IMG/VR virus record: IMGVR_UViG_3300048033_000639
Location: 1 to 27,597 of that record
DNA: 27,597 nucleotides
From: a virus
Lineage: Duplodnaviria > Caudoviricetes
Reading direction: 5' to 3' (one strand)
The notes below the pieces were generated by a model. That model did not search any database. It had not been told where the DNA came from and saw nothing but the letters and a program-made list of their open reading frames with translations. A program made the position numbers and the translations under genes. The first letter of the stretch is position 1. The number at the start of each line of letters is the position of its first letter. Shown one piece after another: positions 26,236 to 27,597 of the stretch.

Positions 26236-26242
26236 TATTTAG
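26236..26242 (-). promoter_or_regulatory. Late-promoter variant CTAAATA
   Basis: Intergenic, ahead of the RBS of the 158-aa gene. Confidence 0.5.
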
Positions 26243-26248
26243 TTTAAC

Positions 26249-26971
26249 TTATCTTACCCTGAGATTATTTCCGTCCATGTACTGCTCTGGTAGTACTTCT
26301 GCAACTACGTCTATAACGCCATCTCTTGGCACATTATCAAGTCCTACAAGTGCAATAGTAGCAGCTGTTTTGTTTACAATGCGTGGTATTAGTGTGTTTG
26401 AAGTAGGATAATCAGTTGCATAACTTTCTAGTGTAAAATCTGTGACTTCTTTTACTGTTATTTGTATGTTGCGTATGCCACTGGTTGTTCTACCAAAGTC
26501 TAGCTCTCTAGCATCAACTGTGCCTGTGAGTGCTGAAGTGTCTACGTCTGCTAGTTTTAGTTTGGTACTTTTGTTTACTTGTGTGCTGGTGGTAAATTTT
26601 TCTAGTATAGGCAATGCTGTGTTGTTGGTTACAGTTGCAACAACAAAGAACCATCTGCCTGAAAAACTGTCTACACCTGTGTCACCTTGAGCAATTGAAG
26701 TTACAGTTTCTTCACCTGCAAAAGCGCCTGTGTCACTGGCATACACATCATAAGCTACAGTTCCTTGTGCTTGTGCTTCAACTACCATGTTTACAGTTTG
26801 CACACTGCTTAATTCAACAAGTTCTGATATCCACACAAAACTAGTAGCAGTGGGGTTCCATGTGTCACTGTCTGCCCATGTAGTGCCTAAATCAGTCCAG
26901 TCACCTGTGTTTTGTGGTTCAACAGTTGAATTTAAATGGTTTAATATGCCTGTTGGTGTTGGTAATGCCAT
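26249..26971 (-). CDS. Putative minor tail structural protein (240 aa)
   Basis: Thr/Val-rich beta protein with Trp-Asp-Thr N-terminal repeats; AAGGAG RBS. Confidence 0.55.
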   Translation of the reverse strand: MALPTPTGILNHLNSTVEPQNTGDWTDLGTTWADSDTWNPTATSFVWISELVELSSVQTVNMVVEAQAQGTVAYDVYASDTGAFAGEETVTSIAQGDTGVDSFSGRWFFVVATVTNNTALPILEKFTTSTQVNKSTKLKLADVDTSALTGTVDARELDFGRTTSGIRNIQITVKEVTDFTLESYATDYPTSNTLIPRIVNKTAATIALVGLDNVPRDGVIDVVAEVLPEQYMDGNNLRVR

Positions 26972-26980
26972 ACTTGCTCC

Positions 26981-27597
26981 TTACTTAACTGTTGTTCCTG
27001 TGGGTGTTGGATAACTCCATCCTGTTCTAGGCGAACCATCCAAATTGATTGTTTGATTTACTGGATACACACTGTCAGCTTGTGATATGTTTCTGTCAAC
27101 AGCACTAGGATAGTTGTCATACACACTGGTGTAATTTTCTATTTCTGTTGCAGGTGCTACTCTTGCAAACAAATCATAGAAGAAGTATGGATTACCTCTA
27201 TCATTTACTGCTCTTGCAGTACCACGCACATACACAGCAGTTGTTGAGTATGATCCATTTGCTTTGGCAACAAACAAGAATTCATCATAACTGTTGCTTC
27301 TTACAGGTTTTAGTGTGCTGTAGAATGCATTTACTTCACCGTTGGTACCAGTTATTGTAAACTCTTGGAATGAAATACCTCTACGCAAGTTTAGTACAAA
27401 TTGACTTGACGCATCTGTTGTTGTGTCTTCAATTTCTTCCCATCTACCAATACCAAAATAAGTTCCTTGAGTAACACCATCTCTAACAGTAGTTGAATCA
27501 GTACTCATTGTTCTACGATATATCTTAAGGCCCTCATATCCTGCGATTTGACTGTAATTAATAGTAAACTGATAGTAGAGCTTGCCTTGGTCCAATC
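26981..27597 (-). CDS. C-terminal fragment of a large tail protein, probably the J-like tip protein
   Basis: Frame is open to the right edge; YEGLKIYRR resembles the modules in 1..1050. Confidence 0.6.
   Translation of the reverse strand, partial: LDQGKLYYQFTINYSQIAGYEGLKIYRRTMSTDSTTVRDGVTQGTYFGIGRWEEIEDTTTDASSQFVLNLRRGISFQEFTITGTNGEVNAFYSTLKPVRSNSYDEFLFVAKANGSYSTTAVYVRGTARAVNDRGNPYFFYDLFARVAPATEIENYTSVYDNYPSAVDRNISQADSVYPVNQTINLDGSPRTGWSYPTPTGTTVK

Noticed and set aside
27500-27597. Exact circular closure of the window
   Set aside because: Joining position 1 to 27597 puts the J frame out of register with the 26981 ORF and reaches a TGA after about 30 codons; no terminal repeat seen.
1-27597. 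CRISPR array, tRNA, diversity-generating retroelement, integrase or IS
   Set aside because: No regularly spaced repeats, cloverleaf, reverse transcriptase or recombinase motifs seen by eye.
1-27597. Stop-codon reassignment
   Set aside because: Core genes are full length under the standard code, and TAA, TAG and TGA all end genes at sensible junctions.

Overview
This window holds most of a small tailed dsDNA phage genome (siphovirus-like, roughly 40% GC by eye). Every supported gene is on the minus strand. It encodes a head module (TerL, portal, scaffold, 284-aa major capsid), a minimal neck, and a non-contractile tail (tube, chaperone with a -1 frameshift, 828-aa tape measure, Dit-like, hub-like, GNAT, J-like tip). 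TerS is separated from TerL by 8.3 kb, about 7 kb of it fibre/lectin genes. Two small modules of unknown genes follow consensus sigma70 promoters. Both window ends lie in open frames carrying similar repeat modules, which suggests a circularly permuted genome broken inside the tail-tip gene; the ends do not join in frame, so some sequence is missing. I recognise no polymerase, helicase, primase, integrase, repressor, sigma factor or endolysin. The strongest signal is a T4-type late-promoter motif (TATAAATA and variants) at 12 gene junctions on the coding strand with no cognate gp55-like sigma gene. There are also three structured, terminator-ended intergenic RNA candidates carrying anti-Shine-Dalgarno sequences. 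Together these suggest, by inference only, a capsid- and tail-encoding satellite that depends on a large T4-like helper phage. All family calls come from motif recognition and synteny, not database searches.
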